Positions 1 through 12,650 of a stretch of 64,000 bases of DNA are shown here, one piece after another (the first letter of the stretch is position 1; each line of letters begins with the position of its first letter). The notes below the pieces were generated by a model that was given only the letters and a program-made list of their open reading frames with translations, had not been told where the DNA came from and searched no databases. The position numbers and the translations under genes are program-made. Source of the DNA: Octopus sinensis (lineage: Eukaryota); the NCBI RefSeq assembly GCF_006345805.1, contig NC_043005.1:87668001-87732000 (forward strand). The letters run 5' to 3'.

Positions 1-770
1 TATACATATATACATATATACATATATACATATATATATATATACATATGCATATAAATACATACATATAAATATATAGAGAGATATACATACATGCATA
101 TATATATATATATGTAATGGAATAATTACTATGAAGCATTGTGTAGAATATAATATATAAAGAATCGTGGTTAATGTCAAACAATGCGAAGTAAATGCAA
201 GTTAAATCACAAGAACACAAATATTTAAATCAATGTAGACTTACTTTGTACTCAATATTTTGCGTTCATGAACCCATTTTCAAGAAACTGACGAAGGTTG
301 CCGTTGTGCGTATGTGTGAGCGTCTGTTGACGCAGACGATTTGCCACTATAAAAAGCATATAGTATTTTGCGTTTGGAATCCTTTCTCATCCTTAGCTGG
401 TGATTGTCACACACTGACTTCGGGTTATTACCCAGAAACCCGGGTCCGTGTGTATCAAGTAAAGTTAGAGATGGGAAGGATGATTTCACTTTGCAATTAC
501 TGATCGGACCCCGAAAGTGTGTCCGTTAGCCAACTGGAGGAGATATCTTCCTGGGGCTAGAAACAACAGTAGCGTTGTCCCATATGGATCAGCTACAGTT
601 AGGTGTCATATATACTTCAAGATTTCATGCGGCTACTGTTTACATCGCGCTCAGAAGTTTATTATTGCTTGGGTATTTATGAAATTTTCTTTGATATATC
701 TGCTAAGATGAGATGTTAGTGTTATTTTCATTTTTGCACAATTTAGAACGGCAGACTATTCACCCCAACC

Positions 771-796
771 CTGTATATATATATATCTATATATTA

Positions 797-869
<73 letters not shown>

Positions 870-875
870 ATATCA

Positions 876-909
<34 letters not shown>

Positions 910-912
910 TCT
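771..912. repeat. (TA)n microsatellite, representative of dozens of TA/CA/CATA arrays in the window
   Basis: Direct reading of the sequence. Confidence 0.98.
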
Positions 913-949
913 ATAAGATAAATGTTTTATATATAAAGAACGTGAAATA

Positions 950-1130
950 CAGAAGGGACAAACACGGAACACAGACAAATCATTCGAAGCCTTCAATCTT
1001 CAGTCAGACACCGAATCATCATAGCAAATTTCGGCTGTTCAATTCTGATATTTGCTCCAACTCGGCCAGCCCCAAGAAAAAAAACTAAGCTGTAAGCATT
1101 AGATTTCTTGGTAGAAGACACGAATGTAAA
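950..1130. repeat. Interspersed repeat, copy 1 (related to 38285-38375)
   Basis: CATTCGAAGCCTTCAATCTTCAGTCAGACACCGAATCATCATAGCAAATTTCGGCTG aligns with CATTCGAAGCCCTCAGTCATCAGTCAAGAACCAGATCATCTTAGCAATTTCGGCTG at about 38316-38371. Confidence 0.7.
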
Positions 1131-1356
1131 CGCACGAGACGGATGTAAATACGAGAGACGAAAACGAAATTGAAAACGGTAACGGTTAAACAAAATATAT
1201 ATTACGGTGGTTGTCATACGACTTTAGACCAAATGAGACAAAACACAAAACATAGCAGCAGGCGTAGAAATAATTACCTTTTCGGTAGAGGAGACAAATA
1301 CAGATGTTGGCGAGATACGATCGCCAACGAAATGGTGGAGAAGCAGCATATATATG

Positions 1357-1394
<38 letters not shown>

Positions 1395-1396
<2 letters not shown>

Positions 1397-2228
1397 GCAT
1401 CTGGCCACTCACCATCTCAAAACTGAATATTAAACTTACAGGATACACCGGGCCACAGGGAATTTCAATCCCAGAGCCTAAGTCTGTGAGGGACCTAGGT
1501 ATCGACATGAGTGATGATACCTATTTCCAAGTGCACATTACCAGGATGGCGACAAAGTGCAGACGACTGGCTGGATGGATCCTAAGAACATTCAGAACCA
1601 GAGATAAGGAAACCATGATGGTCTTCTGGCGGACATTCGTCTTCAGCCGCCTGGATTACTGCTCACAGCTATGGTCACCCACCAGTGTGAAATTAATAGC
1701 GGACCTTGAAGCCATCCAGAGAAGATTCACAAAGAAGATCGACTCTTTGCAACAGCTCAGCTACTGGGAAAGGCTGTAACAGCTAAGACTCTACTCCCTG
1801 GACAGAAGACGGGAGAGGTATGCAGTAATATATATCTGGAAGGAATTGTGCCAAATTTTGGCATTGTAAGCTACACCAATGCTAGAACAGGACGACACAG
1901 CATAGTGCCAAATATCCCAGCAATGCCATCACGCTTCAGGACCAGCTACTGCAACAGCCTAGGTTTCAAGGGCCCACAGCTTTTTAATATTCTCCCAAAG
2001 AGTCTGAGGAACTTGCACAAAGTAGATGTAGCGGTTTTTAAATCAAAGCTGGACCTCTTCCTGTCAAGAGTCCCAAATGAACCTACTTCACTGCAAGTGC
2101 AAATGAGAGTAGCTATATCAAACTCCATTCTTCACCAAATGCCACATATTAGAGGAGGCCCTTAGTAATAACAGTGTAGCACAAAACGGCGGTACATCAG
2201 CATGGCGGTAGCTCTGAGCTGAAACAAA
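1395..2228 (+). mobile_element. 5'-truncated CR1-like LINE (RT C-terminus plus 3' UTR), with stop and frameshift
   Basis: Translation gives VRDLGI...ILRTFRTRD...SRLDYCSQLWSP...LEAIQRRFTKKI...SYWERL*QLRLYSLDRRRERY and GPQLFNILPKSLRN...FKSKLDLFLSRVPNEP, typical CR1-group RT C-terminal motifs. Confidence 0.9.
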
Positions 2229-2433
2229 TATATATATATATATATATATGGTGTGTGTGTGGTGTGTGTGTGTGTGTGTGTATGTACTGTTGTGTCAGGG
2301 GAGAATTATTTCCTTTTTGTGCCCTATTATCTAACACACTCACCGGTAAAGGAATCTTGCAAACCAAATCCAAAACGAAATATACATATATGTGTGTGTG
2401 GTGTGTGTGTGTATATACATATATATATATTAT

Positions 2434-2475
<42 letters not shown>

Positions 2476-2540
2476 ATATATATATATTATAATAGACAAA
2501 AGACAAGGTAGAAAATGTTAAAATAATTTATACAAACATT

Positions 2541-2577
2541 TCAGTACCGGTTTCGATTACTGAAGTTTTTCAACTGT
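2541..2577 (-). ncRNA. Degenerate minimal hammerhead-like motif
   Basis: Minus strand TTACAG-TTGAAAA-ACTTCAGTAATC-GAAA-CCGG-TA-CTGAAA. Palindromic stem III ACCGGT, GUA site and CAG/CTG stem I are present, but the core has two substitutions. Confidence 0.35.
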
Positions 2578-2811
2578 AAGTATGGAAAACAATAAATTTG
2601 GAAAAATTAAATGAAAATATTTTTGGGAGAATATTTGCATAGTATTCAAACACAAGGGCTCTTTTCCTTGTTTCTCTTTCTCTTCGTCTCTCTCGTTCAC
2701 TCTTACATATATACGTGTATAGATACACACGCACACACACACAAATACATGTATACATATGCATACACTATGCACACAGAAAAAGACACATGCACACCCA
2801 AACACACGCAC

Positions 2812-2856
<45 letters not shown>

Positions 2857-3249
2857 TTTCTATTTATACACAGATTACTATAACATACATGCATGTATGT
2901 CTATTTACGCGCCAATTTATCTACGCAAGAATGTCCCAATTTCTAAATATCCCAGCCTGCATAAGCTTGTATATGCCGCTGTGTGTGTGTGTGCGTGCAT
3001 ATGTGTGTGAGTGTACGTGTATCTGTGTCTATGTATGTGTATCTGTATCTGCATACGTATCATTGCTTATAATCCTTATAAGTTCTTTGAGCAATAATTA
3101 GCATGTATGGTTTTATGATACCCTATATTTCTTAGAAAATCTTTTAAATTTTTCATATTACTCCCAATAATTCTTAATTATTATAGTTCTTCAGCTGTGG
3201 ACGGAATCTGCACGATTCAATTTGATTTGCTATATTTTGAAAATAAACA

Positions 3250-3525
3250 CCCGTCACTCCGTCGTTTACGACGACGAAGGTTCCAGTGAATCTAATCAAC
3301 CGGACAGTTTACTCGTGAAATTAATGAGCAAGTGAGTGAGCACGCCACTGATACGGACACCCTTAACGTATAACATAGGGGGGTTCAGCGTGACACAGAA
3401 TGTGACAAGGCTGACCCTTTTGAATTACAGGTGCAAATCACCTTTGCCAGCTAACTGGACTGAAGCAAAGTGAAGCAAAGTATCTTGCTCAAGGACACAA
3501 TGCGTGACAGGGAATTGAGAGACAT
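3250..3525 (-). mobile_element. SINE family F4 fragment
   Basis: Body GCATTGTGTCCTTGAGCAAGATACTT plus a 3' tail shared with 53560-53755 and 60295-60400. Confidence 0.75.
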
Positions 3526-3585
3526 CTAATGACATCGATTATTTGAAGCGTCTCGTTTAGTTTCCCAGGTTTTTAATCAGGAATA

Positions 3586-3983
3586 TTCTTTTCTACTCAA
3601 GGCGCAAGGTCCGAAATTTTGGGGATGTGGTCCAGTCGATTAGATCGACCTCAGTACGAAACTGGTACCTAATTTATCGATTCCCAAAGGATGAAATACA
3701 AAGTCGACCTCGGAGGAATTTGAACTCAGAACGTAGAGACAGTCGGAATATCTATTTCTTTACTACCCACAGGGGGTGAAACATAGAGAAGGCAAACAGG
3801 GACTGACAAACGGATTAAGTCGATTATATCGGCCCCAGTGCGTAACTGGTACTTATTTAATCGATTCCCAAAGGATGACAGGGTAAGTCGACCACGGCGG
3901 AATTTGAACTCAGAACATAAAGACAGACGGAATACCGCTAAGCAATTCACCCAGCTTGCTGACGTTTCTGCCAGCTTACCGCC
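3586..3983 (-). mobile_element. tRNA-derived SINE family F1 (Deu/Nin-domain-like core), dimer
   Basis: Head GGCGGTAAGCTGGCAGAAACG, B box GAGTTCAAATTCC, core GTCGACTT...TCATCCTTT...ATAAGTACCAG; two tandem units. Confidence 0.9.
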
Positions 3984-5059
3984 ATTTAATCAGTAATTTC
4001 GTCTGTGCTTTTTTCCCTTCTGTATTTATTTTCTGGTCCCTTAATACGTAACCTCTTTGGAACTAAATAACTGAAGTCTATAAATTTCGATATTCAATAC
4101 ACATAAATTCATATTTTAAAGCTGACACAGATCATTGACTTTACTTCTCTCATTACCTTAGGAGTACAATTATTATGCCAATAGCGTTTTCCCGTCAATG
4201 TGTTGACCACTTCCTTTCCCTCTATTTCAATTATCCTATTTCTTTTCTATTACTTCCTTTAGTTTTCCACAAAAAGTTCCTCTCCATTTAATTTTCAAAA
4301 AGATCTTTACTAATCTGTGCTTTTCCTTTATTTACCCAGAATTATAATTTGATCGATCTCCATTAATTAAAGCTGATATTTGATTAATTTAGAATCGGAG
4401 CAAGTTTCACCTGAGCAATTTTAAGACTGCGTGAATTTATTCGACATGCCATTCCTTAAGATTATTAGAGCAGCGTCAGCACTTGTTCTTAGAGCAGTTG
4501 TTCTTTGAATATCTTTCAATATAGTCAAACGCCATTTTGGCCACTTCGATCCGCTGCGATAAATGCATATTCTTCTAGTTGCCACCTTAATGAATGAGGG
4601 TACTAAGTTTAATGACATCTTTGGAGTAGAAATGCCGTCTTTACTTCGTAGCCTTACTTTCCTCCCTGATTGACAGTTCCACTTTACAGCACTTAGATGT
4701 TGGTAATTTTGATTAGATATTTCCCTTGTTGATTGATCTGTTGATTAATCAATATCTCACTGATTGCTTATTTATTTCGTCACTTTGGTAAGTTGAGAGT
4801 TGCGTGGCATATTATGTAATGTTATGTAAGCTGTGCATTACGCACACCTGACTGTGCTGTGATTACTGATGAGTATAAACTTCCTATATGGAAATAGCAT
4901 TCGAATATACTCTTCATGAAATAATTGTCGCAATACCAGATAACCCATTCGTCAGTATTTATTATGTTTTTCATCCAAGCTTAAGGTTCTTTCCACCATT
5001 GGATACAATTCAATTCTATTGAAGTTGCGAGTTATCCAACAAGAGTGAACTTATTTTCA

Positions 5060-5370
5060 TCGATACATTCCATGCTCTGATAATGAATCCGTTTTGTGTC
5101 ATTCTGTCCACGCACCAATTGTGGCATCTTTCATTTCGTTTTGCCCCAAATATTACGGATACTCGAAATACGAGACTAGAAAAAAACAGCCAACAACTGA
5201 TGAAGGGTCGTTCCTTATGTTGTTTGTTTTGTTCTCCATTTGTGTCTTCCGTTGTTCGAAGGAATAGTTCATATTCCATGTACTCGTACTTCGTACTTTT
5301 TGTTGTACACGTTTCATGACGTCTTGTGCCCACGTATGCTTATATATATACGTAAAGATGTAGGTAGTTC
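5060..5370. repeat. Interspersed repeat, possibly a Penelope-like terminus
   Basis: Contains CAACAACTGATGAAGGG followed by a T-rich tract, the same layout as the reverse complement of 33140-33315. Confidence 0.4.
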
Positions 5371-5418
5371 ATATGCGTATGTATATATGTATATATATTA
5401 TTTATATTATATATATAT

Positions 5419-5480
<62 letters not shown>

Positions 5481-5545
5481 ATATATATATTTATATTTAT
5501 ACGTATTTATTACTTAAGTTGCACATACATCACAAATATATCACA

Positions 5546-5645
5546 AGAACCGGCTACTCAGAGTTTCAGGTTCTCGTTCGTCGGACAATTTAGATTGGGA
5601 AAATGTCTGACGAACAAAAACGTGACACTGAGTAACAGCTTTTTT
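5546..5645. ncRNA. Inverted pair of degenerate minimal hammerhead motifs (family HH2)
   Basis: Minus 5591-5546: AATTGT-CCGACGA-ACGAGAACCT-GAAA-CTCTGAG-TA. Plus 5600-5645: AAAATGT-CTGACGA-ACAAAAACGT-GACA-CTGAG-TA-ACAGCTTT. Confidence 0.55.
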
Positions 5646-5671
5646 AAATGATTTTTTTGTGGATAGGCACA

Positions 5672-5748
<77 letters not shown>

Positions 5749-6402
5749 CTAACGTCATAGAATTTCGTAAGCTTTCGAGATAGCGTGCATTAGGGCAGTC
5801 TTCTATATTTCAACATTTTCTATCCCAAAGGTTTTTTTTTTAATTATATGGTATGAGCAATATATGTTTAAATAGAAAAATAATTCTCCCAAAAGAGATG
5901 TGTGTGTGTGTGTATGTGTGTGTGTGAGACACAGCGTATGTACCCGACTGCGTGTGTATGTGTGTGTGTGTGTATGTGCCGGTGTAAGTATGTATGAATA
6001 TATGAACGTATGTTTGCATGAATACATACATACGTATATATATTGTACACAGATCGACAAACACACGTAGATATATAAAACTATTAGAAATATACATGGC
6101 TATTTCTATTTATCTTTATTTACTCATTTCTGTTTGGGATTTCATTTGCTGTAGAGCAAAAAAAAATTGTATCTCTGATGCACACAGTTCCTCTGCGGCC
6201 AGTGAAATTTATGTTGATAACTCTACACTAATAATTTAACATTGCATAATAGCAGAAAGAACACAAGTCAATAGCTAAGTCTCAAAGAATCGAGTGCTTC
6301 GAAAATGTAAAGAATATCTTAGCGTAATAATTAGTGTAGTATCTCATTGTTGGCAACCGTGTCGCGTTGTATACGTATATATGTATGTATGTGTGTGTGT
6401 GT

Positions 6403-6439
<37 letters not shown>

Positions 6440-6657
6440 GTGTGTGAGTGTGTGTGTTTGTGCGTCTGTGAGTATGGAATAGATGTACGAAATTTTATCT
6501 TCTATTGCATCAGCACATAAGGCCATGTTCATTTCTTTAGTTACAAAAAATACAATCGTAAGTAGAAAGCTTCATACGTTGTTTGGGCATATATATATAT
6601 ATAACTAACATATACATATACATACACACACATATACGCATATATGAATATATATAT

Positions 6658-6689
<32 letters not shown>

Positions 6690-6876
6690 GTGTGTGTGTG
6701 CGTGTATATTTATACATTCATATACATATATTTATGTAAATATATGCATATATACGTATATATATATAGAGAGAGACATACATCTCTATATATATGTATA
6801 TATATATACATATATATACATATACATGCTTATATGTATATATATATATATATATGTATGTATATGTGTATATATG

Positions 6877-6910
<34 letters not shown>

Positions 6911-6958
6911 ATGTAATATATATATATACATATATATATATATACATACATACATACA

Positions 6959-6990
<32 letters not shown>

Positions 6991-7332
6991 GATACACATG
7001 CATGTGAACCTTTGTGTATGTGCGTAGTTGCGTGATTTTTTGCTATGGAATCGGTTGCATTATTCATATGTTCTATTATTGTCGCAAACATGGAATCGAA
7101 ATTTTCTGCTGATCATTGAATTACATGTAATTATGAGGGCCTGAAATCACGCGCAGTTTCCAGATTTCTTCCATATTTCATCATCATTTTCGATGACAAT
7201 ATTTCAGATGAACCTATTTCCCGCTTGTGTATATAAGTATATATATAATGTATACATGCGTATGCATACACACACACACACATATATATATATAATACAT
7301 ATATATATAGATATATGTATATATAGATAATG

Positions 7333-7399
<67 letters not shown>

Positions 7400-7689
7400 A
7401 TATATATTATATATATATATATATATACCATAATGTTAATACTCCGCTAGTAACACGTAGTTGGTCGAAAAGGTGTCGCATCTAGAAGGAATTAAATATA
7501 TTGCCCGATAACGTACCTGAAATCTGTTTCTATTTTCGACGGTTCGGTTCGATAATCTGTTAATCGGATTTATAATCTGCGAATGTACTGGGCACAGAAG
7601 AATCCAAATCGTATCGCTTCTGATGAATTCTTTGCTTATTCTTGCACCATTTTTCGAGTCCTTTTTTGCCATAAGGAAGTATTATCGCT

Positions 7690-8135
7690 CCTGAAATCTG
7701 ATAAGAATTTTTATTCCTATGCTCAACACCGCCGTGAGCGCTGTATTATTTTTATGATGTAGAAAGTATTCCATCAAAGTTGCCCAAATAATGTTGGTAG
7801 CAAATTTCAAATACACCCGAGGTTTGGTCCATCTTTTACAAAAATGGAGTTTACGCCAAACCTCACCACTAAGACTTAATTATTTCACTTCGGATTGGCC
7901 CTGCATTCTTTAACATCATGCAAACCACATGAAGAAAGGAAAAGGCTCAATGACATTCACGCTGAGCCAGAATACATTTGTCAAAATTCTCCGCATGTAC
8001 CACCTACCTTCTGTTATATTTCTGAAATATTAACTGTTCCCTCGAATGGATTATGGTGTCAAAATAAATTGCTGTAATATAATTAATTGTCTTCTCTAGG
8101 TGGTAAAAAGCTACTCATGGCCTGGTCCAATCCTT
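7690..8135 (+). mobile_element. Old CR1-like LINE 3' fragment
   Basis: QHRRERCIIF...FHQSCPNNVG...IHPRFGP and RIGPAFFNIM match the copy at 12128-12650. Confidence 0.65.
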
Positions 8136-8348
8136 ACTGAAATGGATCTAAATATTATGCGGCAAAATATGTGTTCGCCAGGCCAAAACTCTCTCATTCC
8201 CATGACATTCATTAAATTTCAGATAATTTCTAAAATAGAGACACCTACGTTCAAACCTATTAAAATGTAGTCACATCTCAAAGAAATGAATATTTTCAGT
8301 TGCAAATATTTTCAGTTGTAACTAGCGTTAATACAACATTACTTATGC

Positions 8349-8762
8349 CTTTATTGCTCACAAGGGGCTAAAACACAGAGGGGAAAAGCAAGGACAGACA
8401 AACAAAAAGACTAAATCGATTACATCAACCCCAGTACGTAACTGGTACTTAACTTATCGACTCCGAAAGGATGAAAGGCAAAGTCGACCTCGGCGGAATT
8501 TGGACTCAGAACGTAGCGGCAGACGAAATACCTATTTCTTTACTACCCACAAGGGGCTAAACACAGAGGGGACAAACAAGGACAGACAAACGGATTAAGT
8601 CGATTATATCGACCCCAGTGCGTAACTGGTACTTATTTAATCGACCCTGAAAGGATGAAAGGCAAAGTTGACTTCGGCGGAACTTGAACTCAGAACGTAA
8701 AGACAGACGAAATACGGCTACGCATTTCGCCCGGCGTGCTAACGATTCTGCCAGCTTGCCGC
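8349..8762 (-). mobile_element. SINE F1 dimer
   Basis: Two tandem F1 units joined at AAAGAAATAG|GTATTTCGTC. Confidence 0.92.
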
Positions 8763-8889
8763 ATTATTATACAACGTTACTTATTAAAAGACACGCGTTC
8801 GCTGGTCCTTAATTTCTACCCAAGCTACTTAGATAAAATTATACGCATTATAAAATACAAATTCTTTACATACAAGAAAGTGAGATTTC

Positions 8890-9160
8890 CTCATTAGTAA
8901 AGTCTACGGATTTGAGTGTTGTATTGACCATCGCAAGATCCCGGTTTCGATTCTCAGTGCGGGGCGTGCATTGTGCTCTTGAGCAAAACACTTTATTTCA
9001 CGTTGCTTCAGTTAACTCTGATTTAAATGAGCGATTTATCGATGGGCTAGCGTCCTGTCCAGGGAAAGTGTTTTGGTCTTTGTCACTTATACATCAAGAA
9101 AAAAGGGTAACCGAACCTATCACCCTTACGTTGCGAAACTACTTACTTCGCCATTGAAAG
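8890..9160 (+). mobile_element. SINE family F5 (tRNA head, V/Meta-like central domain)
   Basis: B box GGTTTCGATTCTC; CATTGTGCTCTTGAGCAAAACACTT; GATGGGCTAGCGTCCTGTCCAGGG. Domain naming is from memory only. Confidence 0.65.
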
Positions 9161-9784
9161 CATGACAATCGGTTTAACAACAGCAGCATCCATAGCGATT
9201 TGTGGACAAATAAGATTGGAAAGAACGAAATGGCCGTGAGAACAACGGAGGTGGGGTTGAGACAAGAAGGAGGAATAGCGCAAGAAGAGGAACTGGAGAA
9301 AAAAAACAGAGACAAATTACAAAAAAACTTAACAATAATACCATTTTATGAAACTTTCTATATATGAACATATATGTATGTTAATATTTGTTTATAATTT
9401 AGTGTGGTGGTTAAACTACATAGATATATTCTGCACTGTGGTATCGAAAATCAGAAATAGAGTCAACAACAAAGGAGAAAAAATCTAATGCGTACACTGA
9501 AGGGATAGATTCAAATGTTAGAAATAACAGCTAATTCGAAGTTTCTCTCTCTCCCTCATATTTCAATATCTTTAGAGAGACCATAGTCATATTGGATGGC
9601 GTATATGATATAATCTCTGCCTAAAAGTATGGGTTGGCTAAACACTTTTGCAGTCAGGCCTTGGACTACACAAGACAAACTACAACAAATTACTCCAAGA
9701 AGGCAATACAACTTAACGATGTAGGTTCCTCCTGTCGTAAATTAAAGATGAGGCTTCGGAAATTGATGAACAACTGGTATACTC

Positions 9785-10202
9785 TTTACCCTCTTTTACT
9801 CTTTCACTTGTTTCAGTCATTTGACTGCGGCCATGCTGGAGCACCGCCTTTAGTCAAGCAAATCGACTCCGGGACTTATTCTTTGTAAGCCCAGTACTTA
9901 TTCCATCGATCTCTTTTGCCGAACCGCTAGGTGACGGGGACGTAAACACACCAGCATCGGTTGTCAGGCAATGCTAGGGGGACAAACACACACACACACA
10001 CATATATATAATATATATATATATATATATACATATATATGACAGGCTTCTTTCAGTTTCCGTCTACCAAATCCACTCACAAGGCATTGGTCGGCCCGGG
10101 GCTATAGCAGCAGACACTTGCCCAAGATGCCACGCAGTGGGACTGAACCCGGAACCATGTGGTTAGTTAGCAAGCTACTTACCACACAGCTACTCCTGCG
10201 CG
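9785..10202 (-). mobile_element. SINE family F2 (CORE-like domain, internal CA/TA microsatellite, CR1-like tail), full length
   Basis: Head GCGCAGGAGTAGCTGTGTGGTAAG, GGTTCAGTCCC, CATCTTGGGCAAGTGTCT; tail GGCGGTGCTCCAGCATGGCCGCAGTCAAATGACTGAAAC. Confidence 0.92.
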
Positions 10203-10289
10203 TATAGACGATTTTTTTTTATAGTGATCAACTATTTATGCTGAAGGTCAGCTCACCCCCTCCATTATATCGATACTGCCTGTTCAGGT

Positions 10290-10425
10290 TCAAATTGTGC
10301 GTCAGATGTCAAAGTGATCGAAAGAAACGTAAAACAAAGTGTTTCGCTCAAGAATACAAAGCGTCGCCCGTTCGGGAACCGAAACCACAGGCCACTAATA
10401 TTGAGTGCAACGCCATAATTATCAA
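10290..10425 (-). mobile_element. Diverged SINE F5-like fragment
   Basis: Reverse complement contains GGTTTCGGTTCCC and TTGTATTCTTGAGCGAAACACTT. Confidence 0.5.
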
Positions 10426-10634
10426 GCCACGTGCATTTCCAACTGAATGATACTCCAAAATAATCAATAAAACCTATCAACACCAAACTATCATAAAATT
10501 TTGTGTTACTTTTTCAGCTCTTTCTTACGAGCTTCATGGGAAAGACACTAAGTGAAAATTCAACCACATCTCATTCATTCTCTTCCTCCGTCTATTATAT
10601 GTTCTATGCATACAATATCTATCTATCTAGCTAT

Positions 10635-10704
<70 letters not shown>

Positions 10705-11879
10705 TATATATATGTATGTATGTATATATCTTGTTTTCCTCATTTTATTTCTTAAGAGTTGCATTAGAATACAAATATTTTTCACTTTTGTGCTGTCACA
10801 AAATTCCAGTGTCTGTGTTGCAGCCGTAGACACATGGAACATTAAAATAATACTAAAATTGCACGTCAAATACAACTTCCAGACAGAAAACAGTTATTTA
10901 TTTCTGGAAGAGTGAAATAAAGAAAAGAATGTTGAAATTGATAATATAAATATAGAGATACACAGAGGGAATTTGGAGGATAAACTCTACCACAATATGT
11001 CAATCCGCCAGAAACGTAAGGCCTTTTTCCATTATGTTATCGTCTTAATTACAATGAATATTGCAAAGCCAAACTAAAAGGTAAGTTTCAGAAAGACAAC
11101 TAAATATTCATCTCAATAAAACTATACTAAAGACGTACCAAATATTTCTTTTACTACTATGAAGCAAAAAAAAAACGACCAGAAAGAAAAAAAAATTCCT
11201 TTACTACAAAAAGCGTCTCGGCAGATTAATGAGAAAACATCTGATTGCTGTTGTTTTTCGTCATTGGAGAACACCTCCACCATTAGCGGATGTATCTATA
11301 TAACACTTGGGATTCATCGATGTAGGGAGCTTGGAGACACTGCGATGTTTTGACTTTATTGTGGGTCCCGTCAGTCGAAGCTATCCAACCGAATCGATAA
11401 ATCTCAAAAAAAAAAAGCATCTCTTTATAGGAATCTGTAAACAAATTTTAAGCTGGTGCATGCTGATATATGACAATCCGATAATAGTTGATGACATGCA
11501 GACTGAACAGTGAGAATCCAAAGAGTAACAGATCTATTTATTCTGAATACGTTCAGGTTCTTTCGAATGAGAATATCTCAATGCTGTCGTTTTCTGTCAT
11601 CTTTAATCTTTTTACTGGTTCGAATCAGATTTTGCGGTCATGGTATAATACCACTATCATTTGCCATGATATTTGCACCCAGTAAAAATTTATACAGACC
11701 AAGAAGATTGAAAAGCAAACGGAAACTATAATGCCTAACATACAAAATATTCCATAATAACGCCTTATACCTGAAGTGATGCCTAATATGTAAGATAACT
11801 TATAAATAGAATACCTTTTAATATATAAAGTAATGTCTTATACATAAATAATGCCCAATAGATAAAAGTAAAGTAAATT

Positions 11880-12113
11880 TCCTTCCCGAGTCACACTAAC
11901 TCATAGGGGCCGGTTTCCCTGTTTCCTTGTCGTATATGTTCCCCTTTTGAACGGGTCACCGGCCCGTCGCAAGATTACTCATTTTTGCCAGCTGGGTCGA
12001 CTGGAGCAACGTAAAATATAGCGTTTTATGCAAGAACACATGTCGCCTCATCCAGGGATCAAAACCAAAATCTTTAGCCCAACATCCCTAAGTATTAAGC
12101 CACGCGCCTCCAC
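11880..12113 (-). mobile_element. SINE F5
   Basis: Head TGTGGAGGCGCGTGGCTTAATACTTAGG; body GTGTTCTTGCATAAAACGCT...CTCCAGTCGACCCAGCTGGCAAAAATGAG; tail GGAAACCGGCCCCTATGAG. Confidence 0.75.
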
Positions 12114-12127
12114 AATATATAAAACAA

Positions 12128-12650
12128 TGTGGTCCGTCTACAAAATGCAAGACATAATGAGGATCGAAGCACCACAAAGATCAATCACAAAAGAATAAAT
12201 GGCATGAAGGGATTTGATTATTGGGCTCGACTTAAACAGCTGAAGCTCTATTCTCTGCAACGCCGCCGTGAGCGATACATTATTTGCAGAATGTGAGAAA
12301 TATTCCACCAAAAGATATTGGTATAATGTTTACAATTCACCCAATACTAGACTCCCGTGCAATGCGTCCCCTACAAAGGTCGAGATCACACACATGAGAA
12401 CATTGCGACACAATTTCTTCACTGCAAATGGTCCTGTACTTTTCAATGTCATCCCAAAAGAAATTAAAGTAGAAAAAACCCCACAACTTTCAAACGGCAC
12501 GTGGACAAATACTTCCAGGAAATACCGGATAAACTACCTACACCTGGATACGTCTCAACCAACAGCAACTCTCTGTTTGAGTGCTCCAGGTGGTGCTATT
12601 GAGTTAGTCATGGCATGGGCCGATAATGGCCGAAACCAATCTAGGTTATC
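12128..12650 (+). mobile_element. CR1-like LINE 3' fragment, second subfamily
   Basis: WSVYKMQDIMRIEAPQRSIT...DYWARLKQLKLYSLQRRRERYII, then GPVLFNVIPKEIK; several frameshifts. Confidence 0.85.

Noticed and set aside
1306-1328. 8-bp hairpin GTTGGCGA/TCGCCAAC as a terminator
   Set aside because: No U tract, and the context is eukaryotic.
4421-4720. Minus-strand ORF with faint LINE endonuclease or GPCR resemblance
   Set aside because: Motif matches (KWNCQ, CIYRS) are too weak to separate from chance.
5160-5215. Permuted (type II) hammerhead reading, also 33250-33310 and 990-1040
   Set aside because: GAAA precedes CTGANGA but stems I and III cannot be formed convincingly.
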